64,000 nt of DNA from Candidatus Omnitrophota bacterium. GTDB taxonomy: Bacteria > Omnitrophota > Omnitrophia > Omnitrophales > Aquincolibacteriaceae. Location of the stretch: assembly GCA_041666865.1 (NCBI GenBank), contig JBAYGD010000006.1:20390-84389 (forward strand). Reading direction: 5' to 3'. Position 1 is the stretch's first letter; the number at the start of each line of letters is the position of its first letter. The translations under genes were made by a program, and so were the position numbers. The notes under the pieces were generated by a model. It did not search any database and had not been told where the DNA came from. It saw only the letters and a list, made by a program, of their open reading frames with translations. Of the stretch, positions 55,302-64,000 are shown one piece after another.

Positions 55302-55895
55302 ATGAGACATTCCAGACACGGAAGAAAATTGGGAGTGAAGTCCAAGCACCGCAAGGCGCTCATGCGGAACCTGTTGAAGAACATGGTGCGCTACAAGAAG
55401 ATCCGCACCACCGTGACGCGCGCCAAAGAGGCGAGAGTGTTCATCGATAAGATGGTTCACCTCGCAAAGCGCTCAGACCTGCATGCCCGTCGGCTATTGA
55501 TTTCGGAAATCGGGTGCCCGGAGACCGTTTCGGTCCTGATACGTGAAATCGCCCCGCATTTCAAAAAGCGTAACGGCGGGTACACACGGGTCCTGAAGCT
55601 CGGGACCTCCCGCGCCGGCGATGCCGCGGAGATTGCGCTCCTTGAGTTTACGGAACTGATCGAGCTGCCCAAGAAAAAAGAAAAAAAGCCCAAGAAGGCG
55701 AAAGAAGCCCCCAAAGCCGAAGAGACGAATGAGCCGGCCAAGAAGAAAAAGGAAGCGCCGGAAAAAACGAAGGGGGAAGAGCCTAAAAAGGGCGAGGCGA
55801 AGGGCGAAGAAAAGCCTAAGGCGGAAAAAGAGGAGGCCGAGAAAAAGGGCGGCTTCCTGAGTAAGCTGAGAAAATTCCTCAAAGGCGATGAGTAA
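55302..55895 (+). CDS. rplQ: 50S ribosomal protein L17 (Lys/Glu-rich C-terminal extension)
   Basis: L17 core of ~120 aa plus a ~75-aa KE-rich tail. Confidence 0.93.
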   Translation: MRHSRHGRKLGVKSKHRKALMRNLLKNMVRYKKIRTTVTRAKEARVFIDKMVHLAKRSDLHARRLLISEIGCPETVSVLIREIAPHFKKRNGGYTRVLKLGTSRAGDAAEIALLEFTELIELPKKKEKKPKKAKEAPKAEETNEPAKKKKEAPEKTKGEEPKKGEAKGEEKPKAEKEEAEKKGGFLSKLRKFLKGDE

Positions 55896-57075
55896 CGCGT
55901 CCACATTCGAACTCTCCAGGAAGGTGCTTGCCGTGGCGCCTTCGGCCACGCTGGCGATAGCCGCCAAGGCCAAGGAATTGGTCGCGCAGGGAAAGAAAGT
56001 CGTTTCCCTGAGCGCGGGAGAGCCGGATTGTGACACTCCCTCCTATATCAAGGAGGCCGCGATCGCCGCCCTGCAAAAGGGCATGACCAAATATACGCCG
56101 GTCAGCGGCACGATCGAGCTGCGCAAGGCGATCGTCGCCAAATTTCAGCGCGACCAGAACCTCACTTTTTCTCCCGAGCAGATCATTGTAAGCTGCGGTG
56201 CCAAGCACTCCATTTTCAACGTGCTGTTCGCGCTTTTGAACGAGGGCGACGAAGTGGCGATTCCGTCGCCCTTTTGGCTCAGTTACCCCGAGATGGTGAC
56301 GGTGCTCGGCGGGAAGAGCGTTTTTATCGAGACCTCGGAGGCGTCCGGGTTCAAGATGAGCCCGCAGGACCTGGAAAAGGGGCTGACGCAAAAAACGAAG
56401 GTCCTCATCCTCAATTCGCCTTCGAATCCTACCGGGGGCGTCTATTCCCGGGAAGAGCTTCTCAAGCTCGTCGAGGTCCTCAAGCGCTTCCCGAAGGTCA
56501 TCATCCTTAGCGACGAGATTTACGAGAAGCTCGTTTTTGACGGCCAAAAGCACTATTCGATCGCGTCCCTCGATCCGTCGATCGCGTCGAGGACGGTGAT
56601 CGTCAACGGACACAGCAAGGCCTACGCGATGACGGGCTGGCGCCTTGGATACGCGGCTTGCCCGGATAAGGGGCTCGCCAACGCGGTTTCGAGCATTCAG
56701 AGCCACTCGACCTCCAACCCCACCTCTTTCGCGCAAGCGGGCGGCGTGACGGCCCTCGAGCAAGGGGAGGCGGATGCGGTGAAGCTATGCGCGGTCTTCG
56801 AAAAGCGGCGCAATATTTTCTGCGAAAAGCTGGCGTCCATTCCCCAATTAGTCCCGGTAAAACCCGGCGGCGCGTTCTATGTCTTCGTGAATTCGAGCCG
56901 CTCGGGCATCGACTCGGTCCGGCTCTCGGAGCGCCTGCTTGACGAAGCTCTGGTAGCGGTCGTTCCGGGCAAGCCCTTCGGAAGCGATTCCCACATCCGC
57001 ATGAGTTTCGCGACCTCCCAGGAACAGCTCGACGAAGCGGTCCGCCGCCTCGCCGATTGGTTCGCGAAGCTTTAA
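55888..57075 (+). CDS. Class I/II PLP-dependent aminotransferase (aspartate aminotransferase-like)
   Basis: SNPTG motif and the PLP-Lys context NGHSKAYAMTGWRLGY. Confidence 0.85.
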   Translation: MSNASTFELSRKVLAVAPSATLAIAAKAKELVAQGKKVVSLSAGEPDCDTPSYIKEAAIAALQKGMTKYTPVSGTIELRKAIVAKFQRDQNLTFSPEQIIVSCGAKHSIFNVLFALLNEGDEVAIPSPFWLSYPEMVTVLGGKSVFIETSEASGFKMSPQDLEKGLTQKTKVLILNSPSNPTGGVYSREELLKLVEVLKRFPKVIILSDEIYEKLVFDGQKHYSIASLDPSIASRTVIVNGHSKAYAMTGWRLGYAACPDKGLANAVSSIQSHSTSNPTSFAQAGGVTALEQGEADAVKLCAVFEKRRNIFCEKLASIPQLVPVKPGGAFYVFVNSSRSGIDSVRLSERLLDEALVAVVPGKPFGSDSHIRMSFATSQEQLDEAVRRLADWFAKL

Positions 57076-57121
57076 TCTTTCCGCGTTTCTCCCATCCACG
57101 GGTGCATTCCACTTCATACAC

Positions 57122-57260
57122 TTGATATCCAGTCGGCAAAGAAAGGTTTCTCCAAAACGCGCCAGCTTCGCTCGGAGCTCTTGGACCTCACGGGTCTTTT
57201 GCCGATCTCCTCGTCTCCGCAAGCGGCGCTGATTGTTTTTCCGAAACCTTTCCTTGCCTC
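57122..57260 (+). repeat. Intergenic repeat element, copy 2
   Basis: About 92% identical to 23741..23870, with the same terminal inverted repeats. Confidence 0.75.
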
Positions 57261-57270
57261 CGTTTCTCCA

Positions 57271-57350
57271 GGGGCCATTTCCTAAACGTACAGGCCTTTT
57301 TTTGTTTGCCCCTTATCTATTGAGCAAGGCCTGTACCTGTAGGAAATGGC
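57271..57350. other. Long imperfect hairpin (~24-bp arms GGGCCATTTCCTAAACGTACAGGCC / GGCCTGTACCTGTAGGAAATGGCCC, ~30-nt T-rich loop)
   Basis: Read directly. The right arm contains the ATG annotated as the mfd-like start. Confidence 0.5.
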
Positions 57351-59292
57351 CCCATTGTTTTCGTTGCCTGTTTCAGCTAACATAACTTCCATGTTTGAAA
57401 AGGTGCGGCGGATCAAAACCGGAACGGTCATGGAGCGCGAGAGCCTTGCCGAGCTCCTGAGGGGCTTTCGCTACGAAAAACGGGAGGCGGTATCGCGCCC
57501 CGGCGAATTCGCGTCGCGCGGGAACATCGTCGATATTTATCCGGTCACTTACCGCACGCCCGTACGGCTCGAATTCGAAGGGGACACGCTGGCCTCCATC
57601 CGTGATTTTTCGCCCGCCGACGGGAAATCCCTGGCTTCTTTCGACGAAGTCTTCCTGATTCCGGTTACGCCTGCTTTCGCGCGTAAGGCCGGACGCCTTC
57701 AGGCGGAACTCGAGTCCTTCGAGCCCCTGACCGAACTGCGAGATCTCCTGCCTGGTGATTTTGTCGTTCACCTCAAGTACGGGATCGGGAAATTCCTCGG
57801 CACCAAGAATCTCCAAACTCAGGGCGAGCGCAAGCGCCATCTGGCGATCGAATACGCAAACCAGGAGATCCTCTACCTCGAAATCCACGAACCCCTCGAG
57901 CGCTACATCGGGGGAGAGGGGCGCGCCCCCAAGCTGAGCAAACTGCACGGCAAAGAGTGGGAGAGGGTGAAGGAGAAGACTCGCCGCGCGATTTCGGGCA
58001 TGGCCCACGAACTCCTCGAGATTCAGGCGAAGCGCAGCTTCGGTAAGGGCTACGCCTTTCCGGCCGACAACGACTGGCAGAGGCAGTTCGAAGCGCAATT
58101 TCCATTCGAGGAGACGCCCGACCAGGAGAAAGCGGTCGAAGAGGTCAAGCGGGACATGGAGTCTCCCAAGGCCATGGACCGCCTTTTGGCCGGAGACGTC
58201 GGCTACGGCAAGACGGAAGTCGCTATGCGGGCAGCATTTAAGGCGGTTATGGGCGGCCGGCAGGTCGCGATTCTTGTCCCGACGACCGTTCTTGCGGAGC
58301 AGCATTATCTGGTTTTGAAAAAACGCCTGAAAGATTTTCCAGTCACCGTCGAGGTCCTGTCTCGCTTCCGTAGCCAAAAGGAACAGTCCGGCATCGTCCA
58401 GTCTCTCAAAAAGGGGACCACCGACATTTTGATCGGGACCCACCGGTTGCTCTCGAGCGATCTTGTTTTCAAGAACCTTGGCCTCGTCATCATCGACGAG
58501 GAGCAGCGATTCGGCGTGCAGCATAAAGAACGGCTCAAACACTACCGGACGTTTATCGACGTCCTTGCCCTCACGGCGACCCCGATTCCGAGGACCCTTT
58601 ACATGTCGCTTGTGGGAGTTCGCGATATGTCGGCCATCAATACGCCTCCGGCCAACAGGATGCCTGTCGACACGACCGTGACCGAATATGACGACCGGAT
58701 TGTCCGGCGGGCGTTTGATCTCGAACTCAGCCGGGAAGGGCAGATTTACTTTGTCCACAACCGGGTCCAGTCGATCGAAAAAGTCCACGAACACCTGAGT
58801 GAGCTTCTGCCCAAGGTGAGGTTCGGGGTCGCACACGGGCAAATGGGGGCGCACGAGCTCGAAGCCGTCATGCAGGCTTTCCTCGAGCGGAAGATCGACT
58901 GCCTGATCGCGACGAATATTATCGAGGCGGGTCTCGACATTCCGAACGTCAACACCATCATCGTCAACCGCGCCGACCTCTTCGGCCTTGCCGATCTCTA
59001 CCAGCTCCGGGGCCGGGTGGGTCGGTTCCCGGACCGCCGCCAAGCCTATGCCTATTTTATGGTGCCCAAGAACTGGGTCATGACCCAGGATGCCACCAAG
59101 CGTCTGGACGCCATCGAGCGCTTCACCGAGTTGGGTTCCGGATTCAAAATTGCCTTGGAAGACCTGGAGATCCGCGGAGCGGGGAATCTGCTTGGGACGG
59201 AACAGAGCGGATTCATCCATGCTGTCGGATTCGACCTCTATTGCCGTATGCTCCGTCAGACCCTCGAAGAAATGAAAAAGAGTAAAAAATAG
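57346..59292 (+). CDS. mfd: Compact Mfd-like transcription-repair coupling factor (UvrB-homology D2 fragment, RNAP-interacting domain, SF2 translocase; lacks canonical N-terminal D1a/D1b/D3 and C-terminal D7)
   Basis: GEFASRGNIVDIYP (UvrB-like). DFVVHLKYGIGKF...LSKLHGKEWERVK (RID). GDVGYGKTEVAMRA, DEEQRFGV and QLRGRVGR helicase motifs. 648 aa versus ~1150 for canonical Mfd. Start codon uncertain (57346 or 57391). Confidence 0.7.
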   Translation: MAPLFSLPVSANITSMFEKVRRIKTGTVMERESLAELLRGFRYEKREAVSRPGEFASRGNIVDIYPVTYRTPVRLEFEGDTLASIRDFSPADGKSLASFDEVFLIPVTPAFARKAGRLQAELESFEPLTELRDLLPGDFVVHLKYGIGKFLGTKNLQTQGERKRHLAIEYANQEILYLEIHEPLERYIGGEGRAPKLSKLHGKEWERVKEKTRRAISGMAHELLEIQAKRSFGKGYAFPADNDWQRQFEAQFPFEETPDQEKAVEEVKRDMESPKAMDRLLAGDVGYGKTEVAMRAAFKAVMGGRQVAILVPTTVLAEQHYLVLKKRLKDFPVTVEVLSRFRSQKEQSGIVQSLKKGTTDILIGTHRLLSSDLVFKNLGLVIIDEEQRFGVQHKERLKHYRTFIDVLALTATPIPRTLYMSLVGVRDMSAINTPPANRMPVDTTVTEYDDRIVRRAFDLELSREGQIYFVHNRVQSIEKVHEHLSELLPKVRFGVAHGQMGAHELEAVMQAFLERKIDCLIATNIIEAGLDIPNVNTIIVNRADLFGLADLYQLRGRVGRFPDRRQAYAYFMVPKNWVMTQDATKRLDAIERFTELGSGFKIALEDLEIRGAGNLLGTEQSGFIHAVGFDLYCRMLRQTLEEMKKSKK

Positions 59293-59499
59293 CGCTATAG
59301 GTTGATCGCCAATGATTTATGTGTGTCCTCGCTGATCGAATTCCCCCCTAAATTCCGCTTCTCCCATTTGTATAATTCAACGTTGTCAGGTACATTTGAA
59401 CGTAAAAGAGGTACTTTTCTCAAGTACGTTATAATGAGGTGTTTTTGCCTCGAAAGGCAGCGGTTTTGACCTGTGTGCTTTAGATCCGGGAAAGCTCTT

Positions 59500-62400
59500 A
59501 TGATCCATCGTAGAGTCCTTCGAATCGTATCCCTCTTGGTGACCGTCTCCTTTCTGGTGACAGATTTCACCCTGCCCGTTGGTCTTGCAGCAGACGAACT
59601 GGGGCCTGTTGCCGCTCAGAAAACGCCGACTGTGCTTTCGGATGATCTTGCCGCAGTTGCGATTCCATCCTCGATCGGAAAAATTCAGGAATTTTGGCAG
59701 GGGACAAGCGGCGATACCGTGGTTCTGGTCCAGGACGCGCATGCGATCCCTGCAGCTCAGCGCAGCATCAAGGCCTTGATCGAGCATTTCCAAAAGACCT
59801 ACGGCCTGAGTTTTGTCGGTCTCGAGGGCGCAGCATCGGAGCTCGATCCCCTGATTTTTAGGAGTTTTCCGGATCGGGAGATCCTGCGTAAAACTTTCGA
59901 CGAATATTTCGACCGGGGAGAGCTGACCGGCCCTGTGGCGGCAGCGGTGCTCGGAAATGAAGCTTTGGAATTCCAGGGCATTGAGGACTGGGACACGTAC
60001 GAACAGGGATTGGCCCTGTATTTAGCCGCCGCTAAAAAACAGCCGGAAATTGCCGCCCAATTGCTCGCCCTCGGCAAGGATCTCGAAGCGCGTAAGGATA
60101 TGATTTTCTCACCCGAACTTCGCGAAATCGATCGCCTGCTCGCTGCTTTCAACAACAATAGCAAGGGCCTCCTCGAAGTCCTCAAGAAGCTTGCCGCGGT
60201 GAAACCTCCGGAGCCGGGCACTGAACTTGCAATCCTCCTCGAAGAAAGCTCCCGGTTGGGCCGGGAGCAGCCGTCACTTGAGATGGAAGTGAAAAGCGTG
60301 TCCAGAGAAGTGGAAAAACAGCTGACGGACCCCAGCGATGTTAAGGCTTACCAGCAGAAATTCCAGGAGTTTCAGACGTCCGGAATCACTCCGCAGGAGT
60401 TCATGCTTTTCCTGAAAGAACTGGCCGCAGGCAGGGGGTGGCCGGTCCGTATTTCCGAAGGCCTGGCCGAGGCCGTGGGGAAACAGAAAAAGATGCGTGA
60501 TATTCAGGGGACCCATTTTTTTACCGACTTTGAAGTCTATGCCTCTTCGGTCAAAGCAGCGCTTTTCAGGACCGACGACGAGCGGAAGCTCGATGAGCGG
60601 AGCCGCCTGCTCGGTCTCCTCGGCAGGTTCACGAAGCTGGAGCTCAACCAGGAGGATTGGCGGGAAATCAAGGACACGTCGGACTCCATTTTTAGTCCAT
60701 TCATGCCAGGACCGGAATTGCCGGCTCTTTTTTTCTACCACTTTGCTTTCTACCGGAACGCCGAGCAGCGCGACGAGGCATTCATCCGGAACCTCTTTGA
60801 AGGGATGAGAACGAGAGGCGAACATTCGGCGCTTGCCGTTTCGGGCGGATTCCACACGGAAGGACTCGTCCGGCTACTCAAAGAGCGAAAGATCTCCTAT
60901 GTGCTCGCCATGCCTGCTATTTCGGAAATCCCCGGCCAGACGACTTACACCGAACAAATGCGCGGGAATGTTTCGTGGAAGGATTACTTTGAAGTCGAAA
61001 ACGGAAAGGTGAATCTCTACAAGGCTTTTGTCCGCGCCCTTCGGGACAACCTGATTGCCCATAGTCCTGAAAGATCTGTTTTGCTCAAAGAATGGCGAGA
61101 CCAAATCCTCCGTGACCTTGCGGCCTCAGGAAAGACGGTTGATGCCGAGCGATACGCTTCTTTCCTGGACGAAATTTCTGTTCGGGCGAATCATGATTCG
61201 CTCCAACGGCGCCTGACGGATGCCTACGCAAAAATCGACCGGTTCATCGACGGCTTGATGCGTCTTGAGTCCGAAGGCAACCTGGACCCCCAACACGTCA
61301 TGCAACTCGTCCGGCCTGCCACGATCGGTGCCGGAGTCAGCAACGGATCCAATCTTGCTCCTGGGGCGATGGCTTCCGTCGAGGTCCGCTTGCCCGACGA
61401 CACTATAGTTCGAATGTTTCCCGAGGTCATTGGCGAGGATGCCGATGCGCAAAGTGCGACCGCCCGGGGCGAGATAAGGACCGTAGAATCCGGGGTGAGA
61501 GTGCCCCAAGAAATCTTCGATCCCTTGACTGCCTTCGGAGAACCCTCCGTCCGTGTGCCTTCTTCAAGAGAGTTGTCGCGCGTGATGATGTCAGCCTATG
61601 CTTTAGCGCAACCGGAAATCGATGTTGATCAAAGCCAACTTATGGCCCGCGGGTCATCCGTTCTTCCAAAAGGACTTTTACTCATTTATCCGACTGCGAC
61701 ACCTATGAGCGAAGACATCCTTTTTGAAATTCTCGATCGGGCGTTACGCTCTGGTTATGCTCCAACGGATATCAGGATCTACAGCGGGGAAGCCATCCGT
61801 GCCCAAGACATACTCAAGCGACACTACTCGAAGATCTGGAGCGCAGCCAACGATGGGTTCGGGGCCTTGGCGGCAGATGCGCAAGAGGCCATCAGAACTT
61901 TATACCGGGGCATTCTGCCGGCCTCCTTCGGCGTGGTGTATGACGACAAGTTAGTTTTTCCGGTCAGCGTTTTGGAGGATTGGGGACTGAACGAGGCTGA
62001 GATTGAACGGATGGCGGTCGAAGCGGAGCGAAACTACGGGGCGCCGGAAGGGCTTCAAAAAATTAACAGCGATGTCTTTTCCGTCGCCGTGAAGCTCCCC
62101 GATTCAGGAAAGGTGCCGGGCAGTCTAAGAGGAAAACCGGTTATCTTGCTCAACGTTTTTTATCCGCGGCTAAAGAATGATTTCGAAAACCCTTCTGCTA
62201 AGACGATTGCCGTTGTCCTGCAGGCGATTCCGGGGGTTGCACCGGTGGCTTGGCACTCTATGTTGTCGCGCTATCGCGGGGGATCTGACCCCAAGACCGC
62301 GGCGGAAGGCAGTTTGAGGCGGGATGCTTACGATCGTGTCATTCCCGTGACATTCCCGGTAGATGTCCATAACAGTTTTGTCCATCTCAACGATGTGGGA

Positions 62401-64000
62401 GATTTTGAACAGGAAAGCAGTGTCTGGTTCCGCTCGGAACAGAGAAGCGAAGGCCTTAGCGAGCAAGAATATTATGCAGCCTATCAGGCCGCACCGCCGA
62501 CCTTGTCTTACGGCGAGTTCCTGGCGCTTCAAGAGCAATATCGGGCCAGAGCCCTCCATATGAAATCCAGCGTTGTTGCCCGTGACCGGATTGCGGTGCC
62601 TTCAACGCCCGTTGTGCGGCGGGAGGATGTTTCCGAACAGGCTAAGGAAGCCGGCGACAACTCGGTTCGCCGCGGCGAAGTTGAATTGTGGATTTTGGCG
62701 GCCGGGACGGGCGGACGAGCTTTCGGATATAAAATTCCGGAGTCTCAAAGGATCCGGGGCTTGATTCCGATTGCCCGTCTTGCCGGGGGCCTGAGGTCGG
62801 GGTTTGAAATCGCTGCCGCGCATGCGCGCTGGCTGGGCAGGACCGTCGCGGGAGATCCAGGAAGAATTCCGGTCCGTTACTGTACGAGCCGTCTTTCAGA
62901 CGCCGCTATTCGTCGGGCCTTGCAGCGATATTCCCATCCAAACTTGCTTACTTCCGTCACCGGAGACATTCCGCGCCTGCAGCCGTACCGGGAGGATTTG
63001 CAGGCAGAGCCCAAAGTTCCTCCGCATCAGATTGACAGGATTCTCGAAAACAACGGCGGTGCGCCGGGCCAGGTTTTTCGCTTTCAAGATGGCAGCATGA
63101 GTCGCAAACCTTTGGGTGCGCTTGCCGCCTTTGATGCCGCGTTTCTGGACGGCAGTTTGTGGGAAAGTTACCGGAAAGGGGTCCGGTATTTGTGGGTCGG
63201 CAATGACAGCGATTTGGGGATGAGCCTGGATACCGCCTTGCTCGGCCGTTTGATTGAGAGCGGAAAGGAAATGCTCTCGGTGATGGTGGAAAAAGACACG
63301 TATTACAAAATGCAGATCAATGGGGAAGACTCCTGGGTTCAGGTTCGTAACGGACAAGTTTTTCGTCATCATCTCCCGGAGGGATTTGGGGCGGGCTATC
63401 GGCTCGACTCGGGTTTGGAAATCACAAAAGAAGGCATTCCTTTCACACTCCCTTCCGGTCAAATCCAGGTGGTACTGGAAAAAGGAGGCGTGCGGGTCAA
63501 CTTGGAAGGGAAGACGGTCATTCTGGAACCGTCCGAATTGCCGAAGGACTTTCCTCAGGATCAACTGCATGAGTTCAACTCCAATCAAACGATCCTCAGC
63601 TTGGAAGCGCTCTTTGCGGCCTATCAGACCGATCCCCGCGAATATCCGAATCTCAGCTATGCCGAAAAGGAAAAACGCCTTGCGACGTTCCATCAGCAAA
63701 TTCGTCCCCCCTTCATGGAAGTCAAAGAAATCCCCGATCCGTCCGAAAAGACCGGCAGGATGAAATTTGGCATCCAGATGACGCATCCTGTCTGCAGACT
63801 CGCGGGTGTCCTCAGGACCGAATACGTGGCTGTTGACCGTGATGCGCGAAGCACGCCGTCCGGGTACGGGTCCGTCAAGGATTTGAATGCGCAGGACTAT
63901 CAGCAGGTTTTTGAGCGCGCCTTTGGCGGCAAACTCGATTTCGAGGACCCTCAAACCGGCCAAATACAGGAAGATGTTCAGATCCCGCCGGACGCGTTGC
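59500..64000 (+). CDS. Very large secreted or membrane-anchored protein, 3'-truncated by the window (at least 1500 aa), with a UDP-sugar pyrophosphorylase (UDPGP)-like region near residues ~1040-1300
   Basis: Frame 1 reads ATG 59500 to the window end with no stop (translated by hand; an in-frame TGA lies upstream at 59467). Absent from the track, which appears to list only stop-terminated ORFs. N-terminus MIHRRVLRIVSLLVTVSFLVTDFTLPVGLAADE is signal-peptide-like. Motifs ELWILAAGTGGRAFGYKIPE and RYLWVGNDSDLGMSLDTALLGRLIE resemble the UDPGP family. A 355-aa antisense shadow ORF lies at 62896..63963. Confidence 0.7.
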   Translation, partial: MIHRRVLRIVSLLVTVSFLVTDFTLPVGLAADELGPVAAQKTPTVLSDDLAAVAIPSSIGKIQEFWQGTSGDTVVLVQDAHAIPAAQRSIKALIEHFQKTYGLSFVGLEGAASELDPLIFRSFPDREILRKTFDEYFDRGELTGPVAAAVLGNEALEFQGIEDWDTYEQGLALYLAAAKKQPEIAAQLLALGKDLEARKDMIFSPELREIDRLLAAFNNNSKGLLEVLKKLAAVKPPEPGTELAILLEESSRLGREQPSLEMEVKSVSREVEKQLTDPSDVKAYQQKFQEFQTSGITPQEFMLFLKELAAGRGWPVRISEGLAEAVGKQKKMRDIQGTHFFTDFEVYASSVKAALFRTDDERKLDERSRLLGLLGRFTKLELNQEDWREIKDTSDSIFSPFMPGPELPALFFYHFAFYRNAEQRDEAFIRNLFEGMRTRGEHSALAVSGGFHTEGLVRLLKERKISYVLAMPAISEIPGQTTYTEQMRGNVSWKDYFEVENGKVNLYKAFVRALRDNLIAHSPERSVLLKEWRDQILRDLAASGKTVDAERYASFLDEISVRANHDSLQRRLTDAYAKIDRFIDGLMRLESEGNLDPQHVMQLVRPATIGAGVSNGSNLAPGAMASVEVRLPDDTIVRMFPEVIGEDADAQSATARGEIRTVESGVRVPQEIFDPLTAFGEPSVRVPSSRELSRVMMSAYALAQPEIDVDQSQLMARGSSVLPKGLLLIYPTATPMSEDILFEILDRALRSGYAPTDIRIYSGEAIRAQDILKRHYSKIWSAANDGFGALAADAQEAIRTLYRGILPASFGVVYDDKLVFPVSVLEDWGLNEAEIERMAVEAERNYGAPEGLQKINSDVFSVAVKLPDSGKVPGSLRGKPVILLNVFYPRLKNDFENPSAKTIAVVLQAIPGVAPVAWHSMLSRYRGGSDPKTAAEGSLRRDAYDRVIPVTFPVDVHNSFVHLNDVGDFEQESSVWFRSEQRSEGLSEQEYYAAYQAAPPTLSYGEFLALQEQYRARALHMKSSVVARDRIAVPSTPVVRREDVSEQAKEAGDNSVRRGEVELWILAAGTGGRAFGYKIPESQRIRGLIPIARLAGGLRSGFEIAAAHARWLGRTVAGDPGRIPVRYCTSRLSDAAIRRALQRYSHPNLLTSVTGDIPRLQPYREDLQAEPKVPPHQIDRILENNGGAPGQVFRFQDGSMSRKPLGALAAFDAAFLDGSLWESYRKGVRYLWVGNDSDLGMSLDTALLGRLIESGKEMLSVMVEKDTYYKMQINGEDSWVQVRNGQVFRHHLPEGFGAGYRLDSGLEITKEGIPFTLPSGQIQVVLEKGGVRVNLEGKTVILEPSELPKDFPQDQLHEFNSNQTILSLEALFAAYQTDPREYPNLSYAEKEKRLATFHQQIRPPFMEVKEIPDPSEKTGRMKFGIQMTHPVCRLAGVLRTEYVAVDRDARSTPSGYGSVKDLNAQDYQQVFERAFGGKLDFEDPQTGQIQEDVQIPPDAL

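Noticed and set aside
62896-63963. 355-aa minus-strand ORF, plus 59799..61509 minus ORFs and frame-2 plus ORFs in 59.5-64 kb
   Set aside because: They lie antisense to, or out of frame with, a continuous 1500-codon + frame that has a signal peptide and enzyme-like motifs. They are shadow ORFs.

Overview
This is a high-GC bacterial chromosomal window with dense coding on the + strand. It holds four blocks.

(1) Positions 1-18.9 kb carry a sensory/secretion locus. A PilZ-domain gene fragment is followed by a CHASE-PAS-PAS-GAF sensor histidine kinase translationally coupled to a stand-alone CheY receiver. That pair runs with only a 5-nt gap into a type II secretion (T2SS)/type IV filament-like gene set: gspF, an embedded HExxH...E zinc-peptidase gene, gspG, GspI-like and GspJ-like pseudopilins, gspK, a PilM/PilN-type GspL and a GspM/PilO-like gene. 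A minus-strand wedge follows (TPR lipoprotein, small secreted protein, second sensor kinase). A second unit is led by an 84-aa MerR/BldC-like HTH gene with a palindromic operator, then GspA/ExeA-like AAA+, a GspB/C-like HR-domain protein, the secretin gspD, a TM-coiled-coil-TPR protein, a secreted Lys/Glu-rich protein, a strong terminator and a convergent hsp20. No GspE-type ATPase or prepilin peptidase lies in the window.

(2) Positions 19-24.5 kb carry housekeeping genes: a lipoprotein, a flavodoxin-like NAD(P)H dehydrogenase, a two-PAS protein, an RluA-family pseudouridine synthase and MtnA. Two small peptide genes absent from the ORF track are also here. A ~125-bp intergenic repeat element (copy 1) and a low-GC hypothetical gene precede tRNA-Thr.

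(3) Positions 24.5-55.9 kb hold the conserved translation/transcription superoperon: tRNA-Thr, tuf, tRNA-Trp, secE, nusG, rplKAJL, rpoBC, rpsLG, fusA, and the S10, spc and alpha operons through rplQ. rpmJ (L36) was found by eye.

(4) Positions 55.9-64 kb contain an aminotransferase, repeat copy 2 plus a long hairpin, and a compact Mfd-like helicase lacking both the N-terminal and C-terminal Mfd modules. The most notable item is an open reading frame of at least 1500 codons (59500 to the 3' edge, frame 1). It carries a signal peptide and a UDP-sugar-pyrophosphorylase-like region, and it is missing from the supplied ORF track, apparently because it has no stop codon in the window.

No CRISPR array, rRNA or transposase gene was seen.
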